Shown here: piece by piece, positions 1-8,770 of the stretch
Numbering within the stretch: the first letter of the stretch is position 1
Layout of the letters: each line of letters starts with the position of its first letter
Virus record (IMG/VR): IMGVR_UViG_2869924733_000005
Span: 1 to 37,777 of that record
Origin: a virus
Taxonomy: Duplodnaviria; Heunggongvirae; Uroviricota; Caudoviricetes
Reading direction: 5' to 3' (one strand)
Length of the DNA: 37,777 nt
Translations under genes and position numbers: made by a program
The notes under the pieces: generated by a model
Database searches by the model: none
Told to the model about the DNA's origin: nothing
Seen by the model: the letters and a program-made list of their open reading frames with translations, nothing else

Positions 1-180
1 ATGAAAAACGCATTGCAGTTTTTGTTTGTTGCGTTCTGGTTGTTCGTATCATGTATGCCCATCATCTTCACAGCAAGGTATATGGAAAAAGTTGATGTTT
101 TGATATTAATATTTGGATATATAAATGCCCTTTTTTTAGGGGTGTTCATGGCGGTCATGTGCATTGAATACTGGCGGTAA
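1..180 (+). CDS. small hydrophobic protein, hypothetical (begins at window edge; may be partial or spurious)
   Basis: ATG at 1 to TAA at 178-180; 59 aa, predicted 2 hydrophobic segments; no recognisable family. Confidence 0.2.
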   Translation: MKNALQFLFVAFWLFVSCMPIIFTARYMEKVDVLILIFGYINALFLGVFMAVMCIEYWR

Positions 181-437
181 ATACAGCGAACTCCATTGGT
201 TTAGTTGGATATTTATTGTGCTGGACAAAAACGGTTTGCGGGGAAATCTTAGTTAAGTAGAATGACTGCGGGTGCTTGAGGCTATCTGCCTCGGGCATGA
301 ACACCAACGGCAGATAGAGAAAAGCCCCAGGTAACATTACGCGTCCTGCAAGACGTTTAACATTAATCTGAGGCCATATCTATGCGACACATAGAGATTA
401 GCCTCTTACGGACCGAAAGGTCAAGGAGAAGCAGGCT

Positions 438-593
438 ATGAAGCAGCAAAAGGCGATGTTAATCGCCCTGATCGTCATCTGTTTAACCGTCATAGTGACG
501 GCACTGGTAACGAGGAAAGACCTCTGCGAGGTACGAATCCGAACCGGCCAGACGGAGGTCGCTGTCTTCACAGTTTACGAACCTGAGGAGTAA
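438..593 (+). CDS. hok: Hok/Gef family type I toxin (51 aa)
   Basis: Translation MKQQKAMLIALIVICLTVIVTALVTRKDLCEVRIRTGQTEVAVFTVYEPEE matches remembered Hok/RelF family; SD-like aggag upstream. Confidence 0.85.
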   Translation: MKQQKAMLIALIVICLTVIVTALVTRKDLCEVRIRTGQTEVAVFTVYEPEE

Positions 594-661
594 GAGACCC
601 GGCGAGGGAGAAATCCCTCGCCACCTCTGATGTGTCAGGCATCCTCAATGCACCCGCACTT

Positions 662-688
662 AACCCGCTTCGGCGGGTTTATTTTATC
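662..688 (+). terminator. rho-independent terminator / hok mRNA 3' stem-loop
   Basis: aacccgcttcggcgggtt stem followed by T-tract. Confidence 0.5.
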
Positions 689-1050
689 TGTAAATATTTT
701 ATAAAAATAATGCCCACACACAGCATAAAACAAAAAGTATCACAGATAAAAAAGGAGCGTAATGTGCAGATTTGTTGTTTTCCATATTTACTCACTTTAA
801 CATAATCAATATTGATATGGTTGTTGTTTCGGTGGTTTCAAACGAGATGTTATGGTGATCTGGTAAAATTGCATAACATTAAAATTTAATTTATCTAATC
901 GCTTTTAATAATAAGCGTTGTGTTTATCCCAACAATCTGTTGTTTGACTTTTATTCCATTAATGTAGGGGCTTTACACTGGAACCAGTTTATTTATACTT
1001 TATACGCCAGCCTGAACAACTGGCACCTGCTGCGCCAGCAGAGACAACCG

Positions 1051-1329
1051 ATGGCGCACGATACCAAATTACACAATTCTGATGATTCTGCCGTCTTTGC
1101 CAGCAGGTGCGGACGGCGTTTTCATGCATTCAAATCGGACTGGTTCCAGCATCCACCATGCACTGAAGAGCAGGCTGAATGGATAATTCAGTGTTACCGC
1201 AGGCGCGGATACGAGGTTAAAAAAGCCCTTAGCCTCGACTACCGTCACTGGATAATCTCAGTCAGATTGCCTTACTCCGAACGCCCACCGCGTCCGTCCC
1301 GCACATTCCAGCAACGCATCTGGAGGTAA
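1051..1329 (+). CDS. hypothetical phage protein (start uncertain; ORF track extends to 940 via TTG)
   Basis: ORF abutting next gene (stop 1327-1329, next start 1331); ATG at 1051 in frame. Confidence 0.35.
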   Translation: MAHDTKLHNSDDSAVFASRCGRRFHAFKSDWFQHPPCTEEQAEWIIQCYRRRGYEVKKALSLDYRHWIISVRLPYSERPPRPSRTFQQRIWR

Positions 1330-1330
1330 C

Positions 1331-2380
1331 GTGCGGGTATTACTTCGACCTGTTCTGGTACCGGAACTCGGGCTGGTGATCGTTAAGCCGGGCCGTGAAT
1401 CCATGCCGGTATTCCACAATACCCGGTTACTGGTGGAGCCGGAACCGAAAAGCATGCGTAATCTGCCGTCCGGGGTCGTTCCTGCCGCTCGCCAGCCGCT
1501 GGTGGAAGACAAAACATTGCTGCCGTTTTTCAGTAACGCACGGGTGATTCGTGCTGCTGGTGGTGCTGGTGCATTGTCTGACTGGCTGTTGCGCCATATT
1601 AAATCCTGCCAGTGGCCACACGGCGATTATCATCACAGCGAAACCGTCATTCACCGTTATGGTACCGGCGCAATGGTGTTGTGCTGGCACTGCGACAACC
1701 AGCTGCGTGACCAGACATCCGAATCACTCGAGCAACTTGCTCATCAAAACCTGTCAGCATGGATGATTGACGTCATCGGTCACGCAATAAGCGGTACGCA
1801 GGAGCGTGAATTATCTCTGGCTGAATTATCCTGGTGGGCGGTCCGCAATCAGGTGGCGGACGCGCTACCGGAAGCGGTATTACGTCGTTCGCTTGGGTTG
1901 CGTGCGGAAAAAATCCGCTCAATGTACCGTGAAAGCGACATCGTACCGGGAGAGCAGACCGCCACCAGCATACTGAAACAGCGCACAAAAAATCTTGCGC
2001 CGCTGCCTCACGCCCACCAGCAACAGAACCCACCACAGGAAAAGACGGTGGTCAGCATTGCCGTTGATCCTGAGTCTCCGGAATCTTTCATGAAACGACC
2101 TAAACGTCGCCGCTGGGTTAACGAGAAATACACACGCTGGGTGAAGACACAGCCGTGTGCGTGTTGTGGTAAGCCAGCCGACGATCCCCATCACCTGATT
2201 GGTCATGGTCAGGGCGGAATGGGGACAAAATCTCACGATATTTTCACGCTACCGCTGTGTCGGGAGCATCACAACGAGCTTCATGCGGATCCGCTGGCGT
2301 TCGAAGAAAAGCATGGTTCTCAGGTTGATTTAATTTTTCGTTTTCTTGATCACGCCTTTGCAACTGGCGTGCTTGGGTAA
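1331..2380 (+). CDS. DUF968 (YdfU-like) nin-region protein with C-terminal HNH-like Cys/His motif
   Basis: 349 aa; C-terminus CACCGKPADDPHHLIGHG...LCREHHNELH; resembles Qin prophage YdfU family. Confidence 0.6.
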   Translation: MRVLLRPVLVPELGLVIVKPGRESMPVFHNTRLLVEPEPKSMRNLPSGVVPAARQPLVEDKTLLPFFSNARVIRAAGGAGALSDWLLRHIKSCQWPHGDYHHSETVIHRYGTGAMVLCWHCDNQLRDQTSESLEQLAHQNLSAWMIDVIGHAISGTQERELSLAELSWWAVRNQVADALPEAVLRRSLGLRAEKIRSMYRESDIVPGEQTATSILKQRTKNLAPLPHAHQQQNPPQEKTVVSIAVDPESPESFMKRPKRRRWVNEKYTRWVKTQPCACCGKPADDPHHLIGHGQGGMGTKSHDIFTLPLCREHHNELHADPLAFEEKHGSQVDLIFRFLDHAFATGVLG

Positions 2381-2392
2381 AAGAGGTGACTG

Positions 2393-2767
2393 ATGCTCAT
2401 AGATTTGGTTTTACCTTACCCGCCGACGGTGAACACTTACTGGCGACGCCGTGGCAGCACATATTTTATCTCGGAGGAGGGAAAGCGTTATCGCCGGGCT
2501 GTGGCGCTTATTGTTCGCCAGCAGCGGCTGAAATTAAGCCTGTCCGGAAGGCTGGCGATAAAGGTGATTGCAGAGCCACCGGATAAGCGTCGTCGCGACC
2601 TGGACAATATCCTGAAAGCACCGCTGGATGCGCTGACGCATGCGGGAGTGTTAATGGACGATGAGCAGTTTGATGAAATCAATATCGTTCGTGGTCAGCC
2701 AGTATCTGGTGGACGTATGGGGGTGAAGATTTACCCCATAATGCATGAAGAGCAGGTCAAAAAATGA
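2393..2767 (+). CDS. rusA: RusA Holliday junction resolvase
   Basis: Motif DKRRRDLDNILKAPLDALTHAGVLMDDEQ matches RusA catalytic region. Confidence 0.85.
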   Translation: MLIDLVLPYPPTVNTYWRRRGSTYFISEEGKRYRRAVALIVRQQRLKLSLSGRLAIKVIAEPPDKRRRDLDNILKAPLDALTHAGVLMDDEQFDEINIVRGQPVSGGRMGVKIYPIMHEEQVKK

Positions 2768-3585
2768 AACTGGAAGATTTACCGAAATACTACTCCCCAA
2801 AATCCCCTGGCCTGACCGATGCATCGGCCTCAACGTCAAAAGATGCGCTGAGTATCACTGATGTGATGGCCGCGCAGGGCATGACACAGAATCGGGCTGA
2901 GATGGGGTTTTCTGCGTTCCTGGGGAAAATGGGCATCAGTATGAATGACAGGGCGCGGGCAACAGAATTACTGGCAGATTATGCACTCAGTCGGTGCGAT
3001 CGTGTGGCGGCGTTGAGAAAACTTCCGGCAGAAATAAAACCGGTAGTGATGCGCATTATGGCTTCGTACGCTTTTGAGGATTATGCCCGCAGCGCAGCGA
3101 GTAAAAAGCAGTGCCCTTGTTGCTATGGGGAAAAATTTATTGAAAGCGTAGTTTTTACAAACAAGGTCCAGTATCCGGATGGTAAGCCGCCGGTATGGGC
3201 AAAGTGTACGAAAGGTGTGTATCCGTCTTACTGGGAAGAATGGAAAAAAGTCAGGGAGGTGGTAAAAGTTGCCTGTCCGGAGTGTGGCGGAAAGGGTGAG
3301 GTTTCCACCGCCTGTAAGGATTGCCGTGGGCGTGGTGTCGCCATTCACCGTGAAGAGTCGGTAAAACGTGGTATGCCTGTTATCAGAGACTGCCAGCGTT
3401 GTGGTGGTCGTGGCTATGAAAGACTACCATCAACGGAGGTATTTAATGCTATATGCGAGGTGACAAACCAGATAACACGCGCGTCATGGGAAAAAACAGT
3501 TAAGAAATTCTATGATGCGCTGGTGACCCGGTTTGATATTGAAGAAGCATGGGCTGAGCGGCAGTTAAAAAAGGTAACTAGGTAA
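2764..3585 (+). CDS. Q: late antiterminator Q (long, zinc-finger-rich type)
   Basis: 273 aa with repeated CxxC/CxxCGG motifs; position immediately upstream of pR'/tR' and lysis genes; overlaps rusA stop (ATGA). Confidence 0.75.
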   Translation: MKLEDLPKYYSPKSPGLTDASASTSKDALSITDVMAAQGMTQNRAEMGFSAFLGKMGISMNDRARATELLADYALSRCDRVAALRKLPAEIKPVVMRIMASYAFEDYARSAASKKQCPCCYGEKFIESVVFTNKVQYPDGKPPVWAKCTKGVYPSYWEEWKKVREVVKVACPECGGKGEVSTACKDCRGRGVAIHREESVKRGMPVIRDCQRCGGRGYERLPSTEVFNAICEVTNQITRASWEKTVKKFYDALVTRFDIEEAWAERQLKKVTR

Positions 3586-3590
3586 CAAGG

Positions 3591-3618
3591 TTGATTTTTC
3601 CGGAATCTGTGGTAAATT
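3591..3618 (+). promoter_or_regulatory. late promoter pR' (-35 TTGATT, 16-bp spacer, -10 TAAATT) with overlapping qut region
   Basis: Sigma70-like hexamers just after Q stop; -10 identical to lambda pR' TAAATT. Confidence 0.45.
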
Positions 3619-3663
3619 CGTCATAACGATGGGCTTTTTATGCCTGACGTTAGAAGAGTTTCT

Positions 3664-3692
3664 ACAACCCGCCGCCGAGCGGGTTTTTTATT
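3664..3692 (+). terminator. tR' terminator (target of Q antitermination)
   Basis: acccgccgccgagcgggt hairpin followed by TTTTTTATT. Confidence 0.5.
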
Positions 3693-3728
3693 GCGGAATT
3701 AATTACGGACCGTTATTATTCTGCTCCC

Positions 3729-3804
3729 GGCCCTTTAGCTCAGTGGTGAGAGCGAGCGACTCATAATCGCCAGGTCGCTGGTTCAAATCCAGCAAGGGCC
3801 ACCA
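3729..3804 (+). tRNA. tRNA-Ile2 (anticodon CAU, lysidine type, reads AUA)
   Basis: Cloverleaf with acceptor GGCCCTT/AAGGGCC, anticodon loop CTCATAA, T-loop GGTTCAAATCC, 3' CCA; closely resembles E. coli ileX. Confidence 0.85.
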
Positions 3805-3904
3805 TCACAAACCGCCATTAGCTTATCAGGAAGAGCAGACGACACGATAACAGGGTTGTTGGTGCGGGGGCGGGTCCCCGATGGCGGTCCATTATCGGTA
3901 TTCA

Positions 3905-3981
3905 GCGTTGTTAGCTCAGCCGGACAGAGCAATTGCCTTCTAAGCAATCGGTCACTGGTTCGAATCCAGTACAGCGCGCCA
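3905..3981 (+). tRNA. tRNA-Arg (anticodon UCU, reads AGA)
   Basis: Acceptor GCGTTGT/ACAGCGC, anticodon loop CTTCTAA, T-loop GGTTCGAATCC, 3' GCCA. Confidence 0.85.
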
Positions 3982-4091
3982 TATTCATTCTTCCAGATTC
4001 CTTCCGGCAGAGCCTTATACTGGAATATACCTGGCTCAGGATATTGTTGAAAATATTATATGTTTGTCAAAAATAAAAGTTCTGTTAAGTA

Positions 4092-4436
4092 TTGATTGAG
4101 TGTTTGTTATACGGTCTAATGGTTTTTTCAGCATTAAATATTTATCATTCATATGGTGTGGGTAGAGTGCATATTGATGAGGCGTCGGGGTGTTTCATCC
4201 TTAGGCAGCGTATTGATATAGTCAATGCAGCACGAGCAAAGGCCTTCAGCCGTTTGACAGTTTTGTTCTGTACTCCTGATCGTCTTTCGGGAAGAGACGT
4301 TATTATTCTGAATAGTGATGCTATTCAGAGGGTTTGCGATGAGTTCATGGTTTCTAATTCAGAATTATTTGCTCTTGTTCAGGAGTACAACAGAATAGCC
4401 AGGACCTGTGGTATGGATTATCACCTGTTACGGTAA
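4092..4436 (+). CDS. hypothetical protein in AT-rich cargo region
   Basis: 114-aa ORF; AT-rich; no recognised family. Confidence 0.35.
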   Translation: MIECLLYGLMVFSALNIYHSYGVGRVHIDEASGCFILRQRIDIVNAARAKAFSRLTVLFCTPDRLSGRDVIILNSDAIQRVCDEFMVSNSELFALVQEYNRIARTCGMDYHLLR

Positions 4437-4937
4437 AAAGTGATTGCTTACTGTTTTTGTGAATGGCATTGCAGCAGCCGGATAATGTCAGTGCTGGCTG
4501 ACGGTGTGCTGGTGGCGGGTGTGGTGGTTGTTGCTTTCCCGTTGCTGAAAAAGAAAACGCCAGACTGTTAGCCGGGTATCAGTTAGCGGGAAAAATTTTT
4601 AAATACTTCACAATTCAGGCGGTTGACTGTTGTCTGGTTTGCGGGGAGTTTGTTAAAAGAAACTGGCATGGTGAATCCCCCTGTGCGGAGGGGCAATCAG
4701 CGAGTAGGTATATGGGATAATCGCGGATTCAGGTGCTGGTACTGAATTCACCGGGAGGCACCCGGCACCATGCACTTCAATAGATTTTCTCCACATTATG
4801 GATATTCTTTCAGAATATCCCACGCAGACTTTGTGTAAATGTTAACAAATGTGCGTTTTATTTGATCTGATTCGCTGTTTGAGCGTCCAAAACAACGGTA
4901 TATATAATCCTTTACTATATGACATATGTGAGGAAAA

Positions 4938-5366
4938 ATGGGTTTTCGTAGCGCATCAATTCTTACGTTGATTATTAGTGGGATTATTATCGGGTGCACT
5001 GATGCTGTATCGACAAATTATCATGACCGTACATCATATTACTCCGATAAAGCAATAGAGACACAGTATGTGAGTTCATCTGAACGTACTTCTGATGTTA
5101 GTGAGGATATCCGTCTGTATGCCCATCAAATCAAGAGCGCCATCGAAAAACAGTTCGGGGATGCGAGTAAGTATTCAGGAAAAGAGTGTACACTGAGAAT
5201 GCATATGGCCCCGAATGGCCTTCTACTGGAGGTTAAAAGAGAAAGTGGAGACCTCGATTTATGTCGTGAAGCGATGAATGCGATAAAGAATGCTGATATA
5301 CCTGCCCCCCCTTCGCCGGAAGTATATAAAGTATTTCAAAATGGGGTGCTGGATTTTAAACCCTGA
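4938..5366 (+). CDS. lipoprotein with TolA C-terminal (domain III)-like fold
   Basis: Lipobox IIGC; C-terminal HQIKSAIEKQFGDASKYSGKECTLRMHMAPNGLLLEVKRESGDLDLCREAMNAIKNADIPAPPSPEVYKVFQNGVLDFKP aligns with remembered E. coli TolA C-terminus. Confidence 0.7.
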   Translation: MGFRSASILTLIISGIIIGCTDAVSTNYHDRTSYYSDKAIETQYVSSSERTSDVSEDIRLYAHQIKSAIEKQFGDASKYSGKECTLRMHMAPNGLLLEVKRESGDLDLCREAMNAIKNADIPAPPSPEVYKVFQNGVLDFKP

Positions 5367-5516
5367 TATTTATTGTTTTGTAATAAACGGTTTCGGCTTA
5401 GGTTTGTTCTGACACAACTACGGCACTGAGCTAAATTTAGCGGATAGTCAGCTCTGAGCCAGTGGCGGACGTAACAACTACTATTGCTGAGATTTTAATG
5501 GATTGAGGAGCAAGAA

Positions 5517-5912
5517 GTGGGATTAAAGAAAATCGTTATGTTGACTTTTTGGGTCGGTTTTGTTGCGGGATGCACACCTTTACACCCTTCAGATTGCCAC
5601 AAAACTACTGCTACAGGTAGTTGCAGTTCAGGACGCTGGGATGATCAGGATGAATGGGGGGCGCAAGCGCGGGGAATCAGAGCTGCAATTAATGCCAAAC
5701 TTGATGAGCCGCATAACTGGAAAGGGAAAAAATGCAGGTTGCATATGGAATTCTCTCAGGATGGCACGGCGTTAAAAATATCTACCAGTAACGGTGATAA
5801 AGCCTATTGCGAAGCGATAAAGTCCGCAGCTCATAAAGCCAAATTTCCGGCCTTCAACAATCCGGAAGTCTACAGAGATTTTCAGAAATCTGGCTTTGAC
5901 ATGCGAGGTTAG
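5517..5912 (+). CDS. lipoprotein, divergent TolA domain III-like paralog
   Basis: GTG start with gaggag RBS; lipobox VAGC; ...GKKCRLHMEFSQDGTALKISTSNGDKAYCEAIKSAAHKAKFPAFNNPEVYRDFQKSGFD shares the same motif pattern as the upstream gene. Confidence 0.65.
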   Translation: MGLKKIVMLTFWVGFVAGCTPLHPSDCHKTTATGSCSSGRWDDQDEWGAQARGIRAAINAKLDEPHNWKGKKCRLHMEFSQDGTALKISTSNGDKAYCEAIKSAAHKAKFPAFNNPEVYRDFQKSGFDMRG

Positions 5913-6163
5913 CTCTTCAATTACTATATCTCATTCATAGCAAACTGACAGATTTGATGATGTTCTATATACGAAACCTGTGATGTCAAGTCTGAGCTAA
6001 TACAAATAAACATAATATCAGAGAAATACATTTTATTAGCTGGCTACGGCGAGCTTTTTATATTGCATCGTCTCCAGCATATATATCAATTAAGGCTCTG
6101 ATTGATGTGTCTGAAAGCCTACACATAATAACTATGCCATCCGTTCCGTGCGGAGGTGAGGCT

Positions 6164-6379
6164 ATGAAATCCATGGACAAAATTTCAACAGGCATTGCCT
6201 ACGGCACCTCCGCAGGCAGTGCTGGCTACTGGTTTTTACAACTGCTCGATAAAGTCACGCCCTCACAGTGGGCAGCAATAGGTGTGCTGGGTAGCCTGGT
6301 ATTTGGCCTGCTGACGTACCTGACAAACCTTTATTTCAAGATTAAAGAAGACAAGCGTAAGGCTGCACGGGGAGAGTAA
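6164..6379 (+). CDS. S: class II holin, phage 21 S-type pinholin with dual-start MKSM
   Basis: [31 protein letters not shown]...[14 protein letters not shown] matches S21; ggaggtgag RBS. Confidence 0.85.
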   Translation: MKSMDKISTGIAYGTSAGSAGYWFLQLLDKVTPSQWAAIGVLGSLVFGLLTYLTNLYFKIKEDKRKAARGE

Positions 6380-6383
6380 TTCA

Positions 6384-6698
6384 ATGACTCAAAAATATGA
6401 ACTGATTGTGAAAGGGATCCGCAATTTTGAGAATAAAGTTACGGTAACTTTAGCGTTACGGGACAAAAAACGCTTTGACGGTGAAATTTTTGGCCTGGAC
6501 ATCTCGCTGGACCGTGTTGAAGGTGCCGCGCTGGAGTTTTATGAGGCAGCAGCCAGAAGGAGCATCAGACAGGTCTTCCTGGATGTTGCTGCCGGGTTAT
6601 GTGAAGGGGACGAGCTGTTGCCACAAACGCGCCCCTGTTCAGAGGCGCGGTATACCATAAAAATTAACAGTTCTGATAACTCGATTACGGGTTGTTAG
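6384..6698 (+). CDS. hypothetical protein inserted between holin and endolysin
   Basis: 104-aa ORF with ggagag RBS 7 nt upstream; no TM segment; unrecognised. Confidence 0.5.
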   Translation: MTQKYELIVKGIRNFENKVTVTLALRDKKRFDGEIFGLDISLDRVEGAALEFYEAAARRSIRQVFLDVAAGLCEGDELLPQTRPCSEARYTIKINSSDNSITGC

Positions 6699-6753
6699 CT
6701 TTTTGCAGTTGGCTTTCCAGTATCTTTCATTGGTAGCATCCTGATAAATATCC

Positions 6754-7287
6754 ATGAGCGCAAAAATCAAATACGGCCTGTCAGCTGCTGTTCTGGCGCT
6801 GATTGCTGCAGGCGCGTCTGCTCCTCAAATACTTGACCAGTTTCTGGATGAAAAAGAGGGTAACCACACTACGGCATACCGCGATGGTTCCGGCATATGG
6901 ACCATTTGCCGCGGTGCAACGATGGTGGACGGTAAGCCAGTCGTACCAGGAATGAAACTGTCGAAGGAAAAATGCGCTCAGGTTAATGCCATTGAGCGTG
7001 ATAAGGCGCTGGCATGGGTGGAGCGCAATATAAAAGTTCCACTGACCGAGCCACAGAAAGCCGGTATCGCATCATTCTGTCCCTATAACATTGGCCCCGG
7101 TAAGTGTTTCCCGTCGACGTTTTATAAGCGGCTGAATGCCGGTGATCGTAAGGGCGCATGCGAGGCGATTCGCTGGTGGATAAAAGATGGTGGGCGCGAT
7201 TGCCGCATACGTTCAAATAACTGCTATGGACAGGTTATTCGTCGTGACCAGGAAAGCGCATTAGCCTGTTGGGGGATAGATCAGTGA
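6754..7287 (+). CDS. R: SAR endolysin (phage lysozyme, R21-like)
   Basis: N-terminal Gly/Ala-rich SAR segment [17 protein letters not shown]; catalytic E..D..T spacing ([16 protein letters not shown]). Confidence 0.85.
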   Translation: MSAKIKYGLSAAVLALIAAGASAPQILDQFLDEKEGNHTTAYRDGSGIWTICRGATMVDGKPVVPGMKLSKEKCAQVNAIERDKALAWVERNIKVPLTEPQKAGIASFCPYNIGPGKCFPSTFYKRLNAGDRKGACEAIRWWIKDGGRDCRIRSNNCYGQVIRRDQESALACWGIDQ

Positions 7288-7748
7288 GCAGAGTCGCCGC
7301 GATTATTTATGCTCTGGTTATTTGCATCATCGTCTGCCTGTCGTGGGCGGTCAATCATTACCGTGATAACGCCATCGCCTACAAAGAACAGCGTGATAAA
7401 AAAGTCAGTGAGCTGAAGCAGGCGATCGCCACCATCGCTGACATGCAGCAGCGTCAGCGTGATGTTGCTGCGCTCGATGCAAAGTACTCGAGAGAATTAG
7501 CCAATGCGAAAGCTGAAAATGAAACTCTGCGCGCTGATGTTGCCGCTGGTCGTCGTCGGTTGCACATCAAAGCAGTCTGTCAGTCAGTGCGTGAAGCCAC
7601 CACCGCCTCCGGCGTGGATAATGCAACCAGCCCCCGACTGGCAGACACCGCTGAACGGGATTATTTCACCCTCAGAGAGCGGCTGATGACGATGCAGATG
7701 CAACTGGAAGGGGCACAGGAGTATATCCGCACTCAGTGCATTAAGTAG
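7284..7748 (+). CDS. Rz: Rz i-spanin
   Basis: GTG start overlapping R stop; [34 protein letters not shown]... matches lambda Rz. Confidence 0.8.
   Translation: MSRVAAIIYALVICIIVCLSWAVNHYRDNAIAYKEQRDKKVSELKQAIATIADMQQRQRDVAALDAKYSRELANAKAENETLRADVAAGRRRLHIKAVCQSVREATTASGVDNATSPRLADTAERDYFTLRERLMTMQMQLEGAQEYIRTQCIK
7504..7686 (+). CDS. Rz1: Rz1 o-spanin lipoprotein embedded in Rz (+1 frame)
   Basis: [42 protein letters not shown]... matches lambda Rz1. Confidence 0.8.
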   Translation: MRKLKMKLCALMLPLVVVGCTSKQSVSQCVKPPPPPAWIMQPAPDWQTPLNGIISPSESG

Positions 7749-7790
7749 CCTTTTTATCGTGGTAAACATTTCGCAGGGTATGAGGTATTT

Positions 7791-8141
7791 ATGCCATCAC
7801 GAATCCTACGCGCCTGCCGTAAGCGTGGATGTGCAGGTACAACCACAGACAGTTCTGGTTACTGCGATAAACATCGTGGCGAAGGATGGGTACAGCATCA
7901 ACGCGGACTGAGCCGCCACCAGCGTGGCTATGGCTCGAAATGGGATGCCATACGTGCGCGCATACTGAAGCGTGATAATCATCTGTGTCAGAACTGCCTG
8001 CGCAATGGGAGAGCCGTTGAAGCCAGAACTGTGGACCACATCATTCCGAAAGCTCATGGTGGCACGGATGCAGACAGTAACCTGCAGAGTCTGTGCTGGC
8101 CCTGTCATAAAGCAAAAACAGCGCGCGAACGCATCAATTGA
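7791..8141 (+). CDS. HNH endonuclease (terminase-associated)
   Basis: CxxC...HH...CxxCH motifs; sits immediately upstream of terminase as in HK97-like cos phages. Confidence 0.8.
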   Translation: MPSRILRACRKRGCAGTTTDSSGYCDKHRGEGWVQHQRGLSRHQRGYGSKWDAIRARILKRDNHLCQNCLRNGRAVEARTVDHIIPKAHGGTDADSNLQSLCWPCHKAKTARERIN

Positions 8142-8287
8142 TAACAGTTCCCATCTGTAGGGGAGGGGCGGGTCAAATCTCTGCAACCCTGGCTGCTCAG
8201 TACCGCCGCCTGACCTTTCCTCGCATCGCCGCAGGTTCGAAAACTTTTTTTGGAATGTGATTTAATGATTGATAGGTAAAATCGATT

Positions 8288-8770
8288 ATGTCTGGACCCC
8301 CGAAAACCCCGCCACGCCTGCATTTGATACGAGGCAACCCCTCAAAGCGCCCCGTTAAAGACCTCAAAAAAACCGCTAAAAAGGATGAAAAAGGTCTCCC
8401 TAAAATTCCGCAACATTTAGGGGCACAGGGGAAGTACTGGTTCAGGCGAATGGCGGAAGAGTTGAATGCGGAAGGGATCATTTCTCAGCTCGATGCACGT
8501 GCGCTCGAGTTACTGGTGGAAGCCTACACCGAATACCGGCATCACTGCGAAATACTCGATGTTGAGGGTTATACCTACCGCACGGAAACGCAGAATGGCG
8601 ATGTGCTGATCAAGGCACACCCGGCTGCTGCGATGAAGGCTGATGCCTGGAAGCGGATCCGGGCGATGCTTGCAGAGTTTGGTATGTCACCGGCAAGCCG
8701 GGCGAAAGTAAATACCGCCGGACCGGATGATGTTGATCCGCTGGCAGAGCTTTTAAAAGCGAGAGACTGA
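8288..8770 (+). CDS. terminase small subunit
   Basis: 160 aa, basic N-terminus, position directly before TerL with ATGA overlap. Confidence 0.75.
   Translation: MSGPPKTPPRLHLIRGNPSKRPVKDLKKTAKKDEKGLPKIPQHLGAQGKYWFRRMAEELNAEGIISQLDARALELLVEAYTEYRHHCEILDVEGYTYRTETQNGDVLIKAHPAAAMKADAWKRIRAMLAEFGMSPASRAKVNTAGPDDVDPLAELLKARD

Noticed and set aside
155-337. 60-aa ORF on the minus strand
   Set aside because: Overlaps the region upstream of hok where an antisense Sok-like RNA would be expected; no protein-coding support or RBS.
3805-3904. Possible third tRNA or tRNA remnant between the two tRNA genes
   Set aside because: Stx-type phages often carry three tRNAs here, but this spacer shows no T-loop consensus (GGTTCRANTCC) and no acceptor-stem pairing that I could find.
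4000-6160. stx-like toxin genes in the Q-to-holin interval
   Set aside because: The position is where stxAB sits in Stx phages, but the ORFs present are a hypothetical protein and two TolA-like lipoproteins; no A/B5 toxin-like sequences were seen.
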